From the NCBI GenBank assembly GCA_963702435.1, contig CAVPCR010000005.1, forward strand, positions 160,001 through 224,000: a stretch of 64,000 nt of DNA, given 5' to 3'. This stretch comes from Candidatus Eiseniibacteriota bacterium. Lineage in GTDB: Bacteria > Eisenbacteria > RBG-16-71-46 > CAVPCR01. The position numbers and the translations under genes were made by a program. This document shows positions 36,116-49,020 of the stretch, in pieces (position 1 is the stretch's first letter; each line of letters begins with the position of its first letter). The notes beneath the pieces are model-generated. The model saw only the letters and a program-made list of their open reading frames with translations. It made no database searches and was not told the origin of the DNA.

Positions 36116-36874
36116 CTAGCCGGCGTGGACCAGCGCGGCCGCGGCGCGATCCACGAAGAAGAGGAGCGCGCCGTTCTCCGGCTCGACGCGCGCTGCGGGC
36201 AGCGTGACGCCGGCGACCGTGCCGCGCACGACGGCGGCAACCGCCCGCGCCTTGGCGCTCCCGGCGACCAGGAAGACGACGCGCGCAGCCGCATTGAGCA
36301 CGGGCAGCGTGAGGGTCATCCGTCGTGCGACGAGGCCCTCGACGGTAGCGGGCAGGACGAGCCGCCACCTCTCGTCGAGCGCCGGCGAGCCCGGAAAGAG
36401 CGAGGCCGTGTGCCCGTCGGCGCCAAGGCCGAGGAGGATGAGATCGAAGCGCGGGAGCTCGTCGCCCGCGAGCGCGAAGAAGGCCCGGAGCTCGTCCTCG
36501 TAGCGCGCCGCCGCCTGCTCCGGCGCGGGATCCTCGCCCTGCATGCGATGCACCTGATCGCCGGGGATCTGCACGTGATCGAGGAGGCTCTCCTTCACCA
36601 TCCGGAAGTTGCTCTCCGGATGGTCGGGCGGCACGCAGCGCTCGTCCCCGAAGAAGAGATGGGTCACCGCCCACGGCACGCGATCGCGATAGGCACCGCT
36701 GGCGAGCAGCGAGTAGAGGCTCCGCGGCGTCGCGCCGCCGGCGAGCGCCACGGTGAAGCGCCCGTTCTCCACCACGCGCGCGCGAGCGAGCGCCGTGAAG
36801 TGCTCGGCCGCGCGCAGGCTGAGCGCCGCCAGGTCGGTGCACTCGACGATCTCGCGCCGGTCCGCCCTGCTCAT
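36116..36874 (-). CDS. pgl: 6-phosphogluconolactonase
   Basis: ALAGGATP, FFGDERCVPPDHPESN, LGLGADGHTASLFP, RMTLTLP. Confidence 0.96.
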   Translation of the reverse strand: MSRADRREIVECTDLAALSLRAAEHFTALARARVVENGRFTVALAGGATPRSLYSLLASGAYRDRVPWAVTHLFFGDERCVPPDHPESNFRMVKESLLDHVQIPGDQVHRMQGEDPAPEQAAARYEDELRAFFALAGDELPRFDLILLGLGADGHTASLFPGSPALDERWRLVLPATVEGLVARRMTLTLPVLNAAARVVFLVAGSAKARAVAAVVRGTVAGVTLPAARVEPENGALLFFVDRAAAALVHAG

Positions 36875-36965
36875 GGCCGGCGGGCCTCGCCGTTCGACGG
36901 CAAGCCGAAGCGAGCCTCGAATGCAGCCTCCATCCTTCCTCCGGGACCGCGGCCGACAGCCGCGC

Positions 36966-37961
36966 TCAGCGCTCGCGCCAGGACTTGAGGACCTTGATGT
37001 AGTTCGCGCGCTCCAGGGCTTCCGCGTCCGGACAGGTCGCCAGGTTCATGCTGCCCCGCATCTGGGCCAGCGAATGGTACTCATGCTCTTCCATCCAGGT
37101 GACCATGTCCCCGCGGATCTTCGCGAGCGCATCCGGGCCCTTCTGCAGGAGCTCGGACACGACCTGCACCGCGTGCGCTCCGGCCATCACCGACTTGACC
37201 GCGTCGAGCGCGGTGTGCACGCCACCCGTGACCGCGAACGAGGTCTCGAGCTGGCTCGAGAGGATGGCGAGCCAGCGCAGCCGCAGCGTGAGCTCGGAGC
37301 TGTTCGAGAGGTGCAGGGTCGGCACGACCTCGAGCGCGTCCACGTCGATGTCGGGCTGGTAGAAGCGGTTGAAGAGGACGAGCCCGTCGGCGCCGGCCCC
37401 GGCCAGCCGCCGCGCGGTGTGCGCGAGCGAGGTGTAGAACGGCGAGAGCTTGAGCGCCACCGGGATGGTGACCGCGCCCTTCACCGCCCGCACCATCTCG
37501 ACGGTCCGCTCCTCGAGCGACTGGCCGTCGGTCTCCGGGTCGGAGGCCAACGAGTAGACGTTGAGCTCGAGCGCATCGGCGCCCGCCTCCTCCATGAGCC
37601 GGGCGTACTCGAGCCAGCCGCCGAGGGTCGTGCCGTTGAGCGAGGCGATCACCGGCACCGCCACCGTGCGCTTCACCCGACGCAGATGATCGAGGTATTC
37701 CTCCGGCCCGAGCCGGAACCAGTCCGGATCGGGGAGAAAGCTCCGCGCCTCGGCGGAGAACTCGCTTTGCTCGTCGGTGTGACGGAAGGCCGCAATCTGC
37801 TCGCGGGTGATCTGCTCCTCGAACAGGGAGTGCATGACGATCGCCGACGCGCCGGCGTCCTCGAGCCGCTTGACCTGGCCGAGGTCTTCCATGAGCGGCG
37901 ACGCTCCGGGCATGAAGGGATGCGCGAGATCGAGGCCCAGGTACTTGGTCGAAAGATCCAT
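36966..37961 (-). CDS. Dihydroorotate dehydrogenase-like flavoprotein (the type found next to nifJ)
   Basis: MDLSTKYLGL, SLFEEQI, IASLNG, ALELN, LKLSP, LFNRFYQPD, TGGVH, ERANY. Confidence 0.92.
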   Translation of the reverse strand: MDLSTKYLGLDLAHPFMPGASPLMEDLGQVKRLEDAGASAIVMHSLFEEQITREQIAAFRHTDEQSEFSAEARSFLPDPDWFRLGPEEYLDHLRRVKRTVAVPVIASLNGTTLGGWLEYARLMEEAGADALELNVYSLASDPETDGQSLEERTVEMVRAVKGAVTIPVALKLSPFYTSLAHTARRLAGAGADGLVLFNRFYQPDIDVDALEVVPTLHLSNSSELTLRLRWLAILSSQLETSFAVTGGVHTALDAVKSVMAGAHAVQVVSELLQKGPDALAKIRGDMVTWMEEHEYHSLAQMRGSMNLATCPDAEALERANYIKVLKSWRER

Positions 37962-37970
37962 GGCTCCCTC

Positions 37971-41582
<3,612 letters not shown>

Positions 41583-41956
41583 GGAAGGTTTCCTCACATC
41601 GGATGGGCCGGCCAGAGTCGTCGCGCCGCCGGCTTCCGCTGCCGTGCGGACATTTGGAACCGCCGAATGGCCGGCGCGACCGGAAACAAAGGAGGGGCGG
41701 GATGGGGGCCGCGAGAGGCGCCGCCGCCCGCGGCAAGCCGCGATGGTGATACGGAGCCTGTATCGTCCAAGACCGCAGAACCCTGGGGATAGAAACCGAC
41801 CGTCGCCCGGCAGCGTAGCACCGCGGCGGCGAGAAAGCAAAGCACGGGAAGCAGCGGGCCGGAGAGCAGTTGGCCGGGCCAGACGCCGAGGGCCCGCGCC
41901 GGCAACCGGCGCGGGCCCTCATCATGGCGATGGGCGCGATCTGCCCCCGGCGGGAC

Positions 41957-42604
41957 CTACCTCGCCGCGCCTGTCAGCGCCTGGTACTTCGCCAGCTGCT
42001 CCGGCGTGAGGACCTTGGCGACCTCCTTGTCGAGATCGGCATAGATCTTCTCGAGACTCTGCCGCCCCTTCTCGATGTCGGCCGGCTCGACCTTCCCCTT
42101 GTCGCCGATTTCCTGGAGGAGATCCAGTGCGCCCTGTGTCGACTTGATCGCCACCGGCTCGAGCTTGGTCACCTGGTCATCGGTGAGACCGAGGAGGATG
42201 CGCCAGTCGGCCAGGCTCTCGTCGGCCGCCGCCTCGACGAAAGCCTTCTCGATCTTGTCGCGCAGGTCCGGCATCTTCTTCTGCTGCTCGGGCGTGAGGA
42301 TCTGCTGTGCCTTCTTCTGGAAATCGTCCTTGATCTTCTTGCGCTCGGCCAGGAAGCGGTTGAGATCCGGGGGGTTGCCGGCCTCGAGCGTGTCGAGCGC
42401 CGCATCCATCCTCACGACGCGCTCCACGATCACCGGCTTGAGCTGGAGGACCTGCTCGTCGGAGAGCTTGAGCCACTCCTTCAAGCTGGTCGCCGTCGCG
42501 GCGCCGGGATCGGGATCCGCGGCGAGAACGGCAGCCGCCGCTGCCATGAGCAGCAGGGCGACAAGGGCCGCCAGGCGGCGGCCGGAGAGTGATCCAAGGG
42601 CCAT
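41957..42604 (-). CDS. Secreted helical protein with Spy/CpxP-like LTxxQ repeats
   Basis: AGGAG RBS, signal peptide, duplicated unit LKLSDEQ...ILTPEQ / LGLTDDQ...VLTPEQ. Confidence 0.75.
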   Translation of the reverse strand: MALGSLSGRRLAALVALLLMAAAAAVLAADPDPGAATATSLKEWLKLSDEQVLQLKPVIVERVVRMDAALDTLEAGNPPDLNRFLAERKKIKDDFQKKAQQILTPEQQKKMPDLRDKIEKAFVEAAADESLADWRILLGLTDDQVTKLEPVAIKSTQGALDLLQEIGDKGKVEPADIEKGRQSLEKIYADLDKEVAKVLTPEQLAKYQALTGAAR

Positions 42605-42730
42605 GGGGCAACTCCTGTGTGTCTTGAGTTTGACAATCTGGAAACGATGGTGAAGTCGCACTGTTGCGGCAGCCATTATCGAAGGTCGCGGCCGCTCCGT
42701 CAAGCCGGCTCACCGCGGATCGGGGTGGCC

Positions 42731-43050
42731 TCAGACCGGCGCGAGCACGTAGATCACCCACGGCGCGATCGCCGTTTCGTTCACCCATGCGTAGGGCTCG
42801 TCCACCCGCCCCAGCGGCCGGTGGACCGCCACTCGCTCGAGGCGGGCAGCCGCGTACACCTCCGCGTAGGACTCCTCCGACCACAGCACGTCCTCGACCG
42901 GGCGCGGATCGCCGCCCTCGGTGATCACGATGCGCACCGGATCCCCGCTTCGCGCGTGCCGGTTTTCCGGGAAGTCGCGCGTCGAGAAGGAAGCCCACTC
43001 GTGCCAGTAGATCTCGGGCGCCGAAACGAGATTGACGAGGCGCCCGCCGG
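42731..43050 (-). pseudogene. 3' remnant of a probable class I SAM-dependent methyltransferase
   Basis: Protein-like segment GGRLVNLVSAPEIYWHEWASFSTRDFPEN...ETAIAPWVIYVL with no SAM-binding N-terminal half and no good start; the divergent RNB gene begins at 43107. Confidence 0.55.
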
Positions 43051-43106
43051 CACACGATTCCCGGGCGCATTGTCCGCCTCCCCCCGAACGCCTATAGTTC
43101 CACGCC

Positions 43107-44588
43107 ATGGGCGCACCGAACTCCGTGAACGGGAATCACCGGGCCGCCCTCGAGCGGATCGCCCGCCGGGCGATGCTCGAGCGCGGACTCCGCCCCGACT
43201 TCCCGCCGGCCGCGCTCGCGGCCGCCGCCGCGGTCGAACCGGCATCGCTCGACCGCGACCCCGGGCGGCAGGATCTCCGCCATCTCCTCTGGGCCTCGAT
43301 CGACAACGACGACTCGCGCGACCTGGATCAGCTGACGGCGGCCGTCCCGCAGGCGAACGGGGCGACGCGCATCCTGGTCGCGATCGCCGAGGTGGACGCT
43401 CTCGTCGAGAAGGACTCGGCGATCGACGAGCATGCACGCCACAACACGACCTCGATCTACACTCCCGCGCGCATCTTCCCGATGCTGCCCGAGCGGCTAT
43501 CGACCGACCTGACGTCGCTCGCTCCCGGCCGGGACCGCGCCGCGATCGTCGTCGACATGACGGTCGCGCCGGACGGCCGGCTCCGCGCCGCCGAGATCTA
43601 TCGCGCCGTCGTGCGAAACCACGCCCAGCTCGCCTACGCGAGCGTCGCCGCCTGGCTCGAGGGGACGGAGCCGCTTCCGGCGGCCGCCGCTGCGGTCCCC
43701 GGTCTCGACGCGAACCTCCGGCTGCAGGAGGCGGCCGCGGAGTGCCTCCGCAGCCGGCGCCACGAGCAGGGGGCGCTCGACCTCGCGACCATCCAGGCCC
43801 GCCCGGTATTCGCCGGCGACGTGGTCGTCGATCTCGAGATCGACGAGAAGAACCGCGCGAAGTCGCTGATCGAGGACCTCATGATCGCGGCCAACGGCGT
43901 GACGGCGCGCTTCCTTGAGGCGAAGCAGGTGCCGTCGCTCCGGCGGGTCGTCCCCGTTCCGCGCCGCTGGGAGCGGATCGCCGACCTGGCTGCCGCGCTC
44001 GGCGAGCGCCTGCCGGCGCGCCCCGATGCGAGAGCGCTCGCCGAGGTCCTCGACCGCGAGCGGGAGAAGGACCCGCTTCGCTTCCCCGATCTCTCGCTCG
44101 CCGTCGTCAAGCTCCTCGGTTCCGGCGAGTACACGGTCGAGCATCCCAGCGAGGCGCCGGAGGGGCACTTCGGGCTCGCCGTCCGCGACTACACGCACTC
44201 GACGGCGCCCAATCGGCGGTTCCCCGATCTCATCACCCAGCGGCTCGTCAAGGCGGCGCTCGCCGGCGAGCCGATGCCGTACGCTGCGATCGAGCTCGAG
44301 GCGCTGGCGCGCCACTGCACGCGGAAGGAAGACGATGCCGACAAGGTGGAGCGACTCGTCAGCAAGGCGGCGGCCGCGCTTCTCTTCCGGTCCCGCATCG
44401 GCCAGCGATTCGACGCGCTCGTCACCGGCGCCTCGCCCAAGGGAACCTGGGTGCGCACCCTCGATCCGCCGGTGGAGGGCATGCTGATCGCCGGCGCCGG
44501 CGTGGATGTCGGCGACCGGGTCCGCGTCGAACTGGTGAGCGCCGACGTCGAGAACGGCTACATCGACTTCCGAACGACTGCGCGCTGA
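43107..44588 (+). CDS. RNB-domain exoribonuclease (short RNase II/R family)
   Basis: SIDNDDSRDLDQ, PMLPERLS, IEDLMIAAN, HFGLAVRDYTHSTAPNRRFPDL, C-terminal S1-like domain. Confidence 0.93.
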   Translation: MGAPNSVNGNHRAALERIARRAMLERGLRPDFPPAALAAAAAVEPASLDRDPGRQDLRHLLWASIDNDDSRDLDQLTAAVPQANGATRILVAIAEVDALVEKDSAIDEHARHNTTSIYTPARIFPMLPERLSTDLTSLAPGRDRAAIVVDMTVAPDGRLRAAEIYRAVVRNHAQLAYASVAAWLEGTEPLPAAAAAVPGLDANLRLQEAAAECLRSRRHEQGALDLATIQARPVFAGDVVVDLEIDEKNRAKSLIEDLMIAANGVTARFLEAKQVPSLRRVVPVPRRWERIADLAAALGERLPARPDARALAEVLDREREKDPLRFPDLSLAVVKLLGSGEYTVEHPSEAPEGHFGLAVRDYTHSTAPNRRFPDLITQRLVKAALAGEPMPYAAIELEALARHCTRKEDDADKVERLVSKAAAALLFRSRIGQRFDALVTGASPKGTWVRTLDPPVEGMLIAGAGVDVGDRVRVELVSADVENGYIDFRTTAR

Positions 44589-44621
44589 GACGGGGTCTCG
44601 AGGCGCGAGATGAGGTGAAAC

Positions 44622-45209
44622 ATGAGTCTGCACATCCTGGGCATCGCCGGCAGCCTGCGCCGCGGGTCGTACAACCGCGCCCTCCTGCGGGCCGCCGCCG
44701 GCCTCCTCCCTGCCGACACGGTCATCCAGACGGCGGAGATCGGCGGGCTCCCGCTCTACGACGCCGACCTCGAGGCGATGGGCGTGCCCGCCGCCGTGGT
44801 CGAGCTCAAAGCCCGCGTGCGCGCCGCCGACGCCCTCCTGATCGCGACCCCGGAGTACAACACTTCGGTCCCCGGCGTCCTGAAGAACGCGCTCGACTGG
44901 CTCTCGCGCCCGCCCGATCAGGTCCTCGACGGCAAGCCGGCGGCCATCATGGGCGCCTCCCCCGGCATGTTCGGAACCGCGCGCTCCCAGCAGCACCTGC
45001 GGCAGATCGCGACGACCCTGAACCTCCTCGTCCTGGCCAAGCCGGATGTGTTCGTACCGCGCGCCGCGGAGAAGTTCAGCGCCGAGGGCGAGCTCACCGA
45101 CGAGCGGAGCCGCGAGGCGGTGCGAAAGCTCGTCTTCGCGCTCCGCGACTGGACGCTCCGCCTGCGCGTGGCGGAGGGCGGCCCCGGCACCCCACCGGTG
45201 TCAGTCTGA
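44622..45209 (+). CDS. NADPH-dependent FMN reductase (ChrR/SsuE family)
   Basis: GIAGSLRRGSYN, ATPEYN, PGVLKNALDWLSRP. Confidence 0.94.
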   Translation: MSLHILGIAGSLRRGSYNRALLRAAAGLLPADTVIQTAEIGGLPLYDADLEAMGVPAAVVELKARVRAADALLIATPEYNTSVPGVLKNALDWLSRPPDQVLDGKPAAIMGASPGMFGTARSQQHLRQIATTLNLLVLAKPDVFVPRAAEKFSAEGELTDERSREAVRKLVFALRDWTLRLRVAEGGPGTPPVSV

Positions 45210-45270
45210 CCGTCAGATCTCCTCTGCGGTCCCGGGGGAGTCGCGCCGGATGAACGTCTCGTGAACCGCG

Positions 45271-45304
45271 AAAACGAAGACCCCGGTGGATCGCTCCACC
45301 GGGG
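45271..45304 (-). terminator. Intrinsic terminator of the RRM gene
   Basis: CCCCGGTGGA-4 nt-TCCACCGGGG perfect 10-bp stem, followed on the minus strand by TCTTCGTTTT. Confidence 0.8.
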
Positions 45305-45353
45305 CCCCTGGTGTGGATTCGCCTTCGAATCCGGTCTTGTTGTCGATTTCGGT

Positions 45354-45644
45354 CTAGTAGTAGGAGCCGCGCCGGCCGCCGCTGCCGCTGCCGGTACGCT
45401 CGCGCGCCTCGTTGACGGCGATCGAGCGACCGCCCATCTCCTGGCCGTTGAGCGCGCTGATGGCAGCCTCCGCATCGGTCTGGTTCGCCATCTCGACGAA
45501 GGCGAAGCCGCGCGGGCGGCCGGTGTCGCGATCGGTGACGATCGACACCTGCGAAACAGTGCGCCCATCGGCCTCGAAGAGGCGGCGCAGTTCGTTCTCG
45601 TCGATCTCGTAAGGCAGGTTGCCTACATAAAGTCTGGTACCCAT
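45354..45644 (-). CDS. RRM (RNP-1) RNA-binding protein
   Basis: LYVGNLPY, DRDTGRPRGFAFVEM, GRSIAVNEARER, Gly/Arg tail. Confidence 0.95.
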   Translation of the reverse strand: MGTRLYVGNLPYEIDENELRRLFEADGRTVSQVSIVTDRDTGRPRGFAFVEMANQTDAEAAISALNGQEMGGRSIAVNEARERTGSGSGGRRGSYY

Positions 45645-45861
45645 GTCTCTAACTCCCTATTCCTGACAGGTTCCGCACGCCGATCCCGCAGCCATACCGG
45701 CGTCTCGGAAAGGAGAAGCAGACATGGTCCGGCGAGGCGCCGGGGGTTCCGAAGAGCCACAAGCCGCCAAAAAAAGACGCCGCGGGAACAGGTCCTCCGC
45801 GGCGAGACTTTCTTTTGCGTCTTGTTGCCGCCGGCCAGCCGGCGGTCCGGATCCCACTAGC

Positions 45862-45890
45862 ACTATCGGGTTCCGGGCGAGCGGAGTCAA
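45862..45890 (-). promoter_or_regulatory. Probable sigma70 promoter for the RRM gene
   Basis: Minus strand TTGACT-17 nt-GATAGT, implying a 5' UTR of about 210 nt. Confidence 0.5.
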
Positions 45891-46139
45891 GCGTTCATTT
45901 GGCTCTTTCTCCCGCGGACCCGCCGCGGCCCGCCGCTTGCTACCGGTCGCCTGGAGGAAGATGGTACTGCCAATGGCCTTACCGATGCGGGCCCCCGGGC
46001 GCGCGCCCGGGCGTTGCGGAGGCGGCGCGGGCGTCGCGGAGGCGGCGACCCGTTACCAGGCCCTTGATCCGGCCCGCCGACCACGGTACATTCCGCGCGG
46101 TGGGGGATCATCCACCCACCGATTGTGAGGAGAGACCGC

Positions 46140-47459
46140 TTGCCCTTTTCTCGTCTCGGCCTCGCCCCCGAGGTCCTGCGCGGCGTCCGCGCCGCCGGCT
46201 ACACTGATCCCACCCCGATCCAGGCTCAGGCCATCCCGACGATTCTCGCCGGGCACGACTTCATCGGTTGCGCGCAGACCGGCACCGGTAAGACCGCGGC
46301 CTTCGTGCTGCCGATCCTCACCCAGCTCCGGGCCCGACCCGGAGAGGCCCCGCGCCGGGCCGGGGAAACGGAGGGCGTCCGCGTCCTCGTCCTCACCCCG
46401 ACCCGAGAGCTCGCCGCGCAGGTCGAGACCGCCGTCCGCGATTACTCGCGGTTCATGAATCTGCGCTGCGCCGTGGTCTATGGCGGAGTGGCGATCGGCC
46501 CGCAGCAGTCCGCTCTGCGCCAGGGCGTCGACATCCTGGTGGCGACCCCGGGGCGCCTCCTCGATCACATGGAGCGCGGGAACGTCTTCTTCACCCGGCT
46601 CGAGATCCTGGTGCTCGACGAGGCCGATCGCATGGTGGACATGGGGTTCGCCCCCGATCTCGGCCGCATCCTGCGCAAGCTCCCGGCCGGACGCCAGACC
46701 CTCATGTTCTCGGCCACCATGCCGCCCGAGCTGAACACGATCGCCAAGAAGGCCCTGGTCGATCCGGTGCGGGTGGACATCGCACCCAAGGTGAAGACGG
46801 CGGTCGGCATCCGCGAGGCGGTCTATCCGGTGCCGCGCCATCTGAAGACCGATCTCCTGCTCGAGCTCCTCTCCGCCAACGAGATGGACTCGGTGCTCGT
46901 CTTCGCGCGCACCAAGCGCGGCGCCGATCGCATCGCGCGCGAGATGGCCCAGGGCGGACACGCGGTGGCCGCCCTCCACTCGAATCGCAGCCAGGGGCAG
47001 CGGGAGCGCGCGCTCGCCGGATTCCGCTCCGGCCGCTATCAGATCCTGGTGGCGACCGACATCGCGTCGCGCGGTCTGGACGTCGAGGGCATCTCGCACG
47101 TCATCAACTACGACGTGCCGCACCAGCCCGAGGATTACGTGCACCGCGCCGGACGCACCGCGCGCGCGCTCAAGGTCGGTGACGCCTTCACGCTCATGGC
47201 GCGCGACGAGGAGGATCTGGTGGCGGCCATCGAGCGCTTCACCGGGAAGGCCATCCCGCGCGTGATCCTGCCCGACTTCGACTACCGGCGCACGCAGGCG
47301 CGCGGCCGGGCCCGCCGCCCGCCACGCCCGCGGCCGGACAGAGCCGCTCTCGGATCCGCCGGCGAGGAAGAACCCCAGATGGTGAGCACCGTGGTCGCGG
47401 CGCGGAGCTTCGGGCGCGGCAAGGGGAAGGAAACGGCTCCCGACCGCCGGCGGCGGTGA
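46140..47459 (+). CDS. DEAD-box RNA helicase (RhlE-like)
   Basis: Q motif PTPIQ, AQTGTGKT, PTRELA, LDEADRM, FSAT, HRAGRTAR; GAGGAG before the TTG start. Confidence 0.95.
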   Translation: MPFSRLGLAPEVLRGVRAAGYTDPTPIQAQAIPTILAGHDFIGCAQTGTGKTAAFVLPILTQLRARPGEAPRRAGETEGVRVLVLTPTRELAAQVETAVRDYSRFMNLRCAVVYGGVAIGPQQSALRQGVDILVATPGRLLDHMERGNVFFTRLEILVLDEADRMVDMGFAPDLGRILRKLPAGRQTLMFSATMPPELNTIAKKALVDPVRVDIAPKVKTAVGIREAVYPVPRHLKTDLLLELLSANEMDSVLVFARTKRGADRIAREMAQGGHAVAALHSNRSQGQRERALAGFRSGRYQILVATDIASRGLDVEGISHVINYDVPHQPEDYVHRAGRTARALKVGDAFTLMARDEEDLVAAIERFTGKAIPRVILPDFDYRRTQARGRARRPPRPRPDRAALGSAGEEEPQMVSTVVAARSFGRGKGKETAPDRRRR

Positions 47460-47508
47460 GCGGGGTGGCGACCCGCCTGCGCGCGTCGCGGACGATCGAG
47501 GAGCGCGC

Positions 47509-48942
47509 CTAGCGGACCCGCTGCCGCTGGGCCTCCGGCTTGGTCTGGGTCGCCAGGTTGAAGCGGACGCCGTCCGCGCTCACCGCGAGATCGAGCCGCA
47601 GCATAGCTATGGACGGCAGCAGCGGGCGCAGGCCGATCCCGAAGCCCGTCTTCACGCGGCGCATCGCCAGGTCCTCGCTCTCGCTCCAGGCGATCCCGCC
47701 GTCCGCGAACAGCGCGGCCTGCAGGCCGATCGTGACCGGCCACTTGATGACGACGACCTCCCGCACGGGCAGGATGTTCCGCTGCATCTCGAGCGTCACG
47801 AGCCACTGGTTCTTGCCGTAGAGCTCCCTCCCCAGCTCGTCGACCTGGTGGCCGCGGATCGAGTTGGATCCCCCCATCAGGTAGTCCAGATAGACGGGGA
47901 CGTCCGCACCCAGCTCGCCGCTCTGCAATGAGGTGAGATTGCTCAGGAGGAGCGCCGAGCGGGCGCCGAGCGGCTGGTAGCGGCGGATGTCGAGATCGGC
48001 GGTCGTGAAATCGCCGTCGCCGCCGAGCCAGCCGCCGGTCTTCCACACCTGGATCTCGTTCTCCCAGCCGCGGCGCGGATCGCGCTTCGAGTCCCGCGAA
48101 TCCATGCCGAGCACGGCGCCGAGGCGGAAGAGGTCGTCTGCATTGTCGGGATCGAGCGTGATGCCATCGGTGTCGCTCTCCATCCGGAAGTACGAGAAGC
48201 CCGCGCTCGCCCGCCCGATCTGCCCGAGATAGGTGCCGACCCAGTTGGTCACCTCGGTGCTCGTCTCCTCGAATCCCCGCACGCCGTCGTCGCGGATCAA
48301 ATGCGCGGCATAGGAATCGAAGGACAGATGGTTGGCCGCGATCCACGGCCAGGTGAAGCGGAGACTGTAGGTCGTGGAGCCTCCGAACAGGATGCGGCCG
48401 GAGGCCCCGATGTCGAGCCCGAAGAGATTGAGGGAGGAGACGGCCGGGCCGATGGCGAAGCCGTCCTCGTCGGTGATCTTGAGCGCAATGTAGGGGATCA
48501 ACCACGGCATCTCGGTGACGGCGATGCCGACCGCGACCCCGGTGCTCTCTGGGCGCACGTCCGCGGTCACCGAGCCGAAGATGTCGAGATCGTTCAACCG
48601 CTCCGTGTCGGCGAGGAGCGTGTTGACAGCGAAGGGGCCGCCCACCTTGGAGGCGAGCTCCCGCCGGATCACGTAGTCCTTGGTGATGGAGTTCCCCGTC
48701 ACGTCGACGCGGGCGATCGGCTGTCCCTCGAGCCCGCGGTACGCCTCGAATTGAGCTGCGGTCTGATCGGGAGGGATGGTGATGAGACCGTTCCAGCTCC
48801 AGACCGGCGCCGGCGAAGGCGCGGTCTCGTCGGACGCGGCGAGGGGCGCGGAGACGAGAAGGAGGAAGGCGAAGAAGCCGCCCCCGAGCGCCCGCACCGC
48901 GGGGCCGGCACTTCGTCCCGGCTGCCGCTGCCGGGATCGCAT
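47509..48942 (-). CDS. Omp85 (BamA/TamA family) outer membrane protein with one POTRA domain
   Basis: Signal peptide; POTRA IARVDVTGNSITKDYVIRREL...RLNDLDIF; barrel motif MGGSNSIRGH; LFADGG, GFGIGLR. Confidence 0.85.
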   Translation of the reverse strand: MRSRQRQPGRSAGPAVRALGGGFFAFLLLVSAPLAASDETAPSPAPVWSWNGLITIPPDQTAAQFEAYRGLEGQPIARVDVTGNSITKDYVIRRELASKVGGPFAVNTLLADTERLNDLDIFGSVTADVRPESTGVAVGIAVTEMPWLIPYIALKITDEDGFAIGPAVSSLNLFGLDIGASGRILFGGSTTYSLRFTWPWIAANHLSFDSYAAHLIRDDGVRGFEETSTEVTNWVGTYLGQIGRASAGFSYFRMESDTDGITLDPDNADDLFRLGAVLGMDSRDSKRDPRRGWENEIQVWKTGGWLGGDGDFTTADLDIRRYQPLGARSALLLSNLTSLQSGELGADVPVYLDYLMGGSNSIRGHQVDELGRELYGKNQWLVTLEMQRNILPVREVVVIKWPVTIGLQAALFADGGIAWSESEDLAMRRVKTGFGIGLRPLLPSIAMLRLDLAVSADGVRFNLATQTKPEAQRQRVR

Positions 48943-49020
48943 ATAGTCCTCACCGTGCATTGTGTGGAGAGTACTGGGGCCTGTAAAGCGCGACAAGCGC
49001 GAATGGGGCGCACCATGCCC

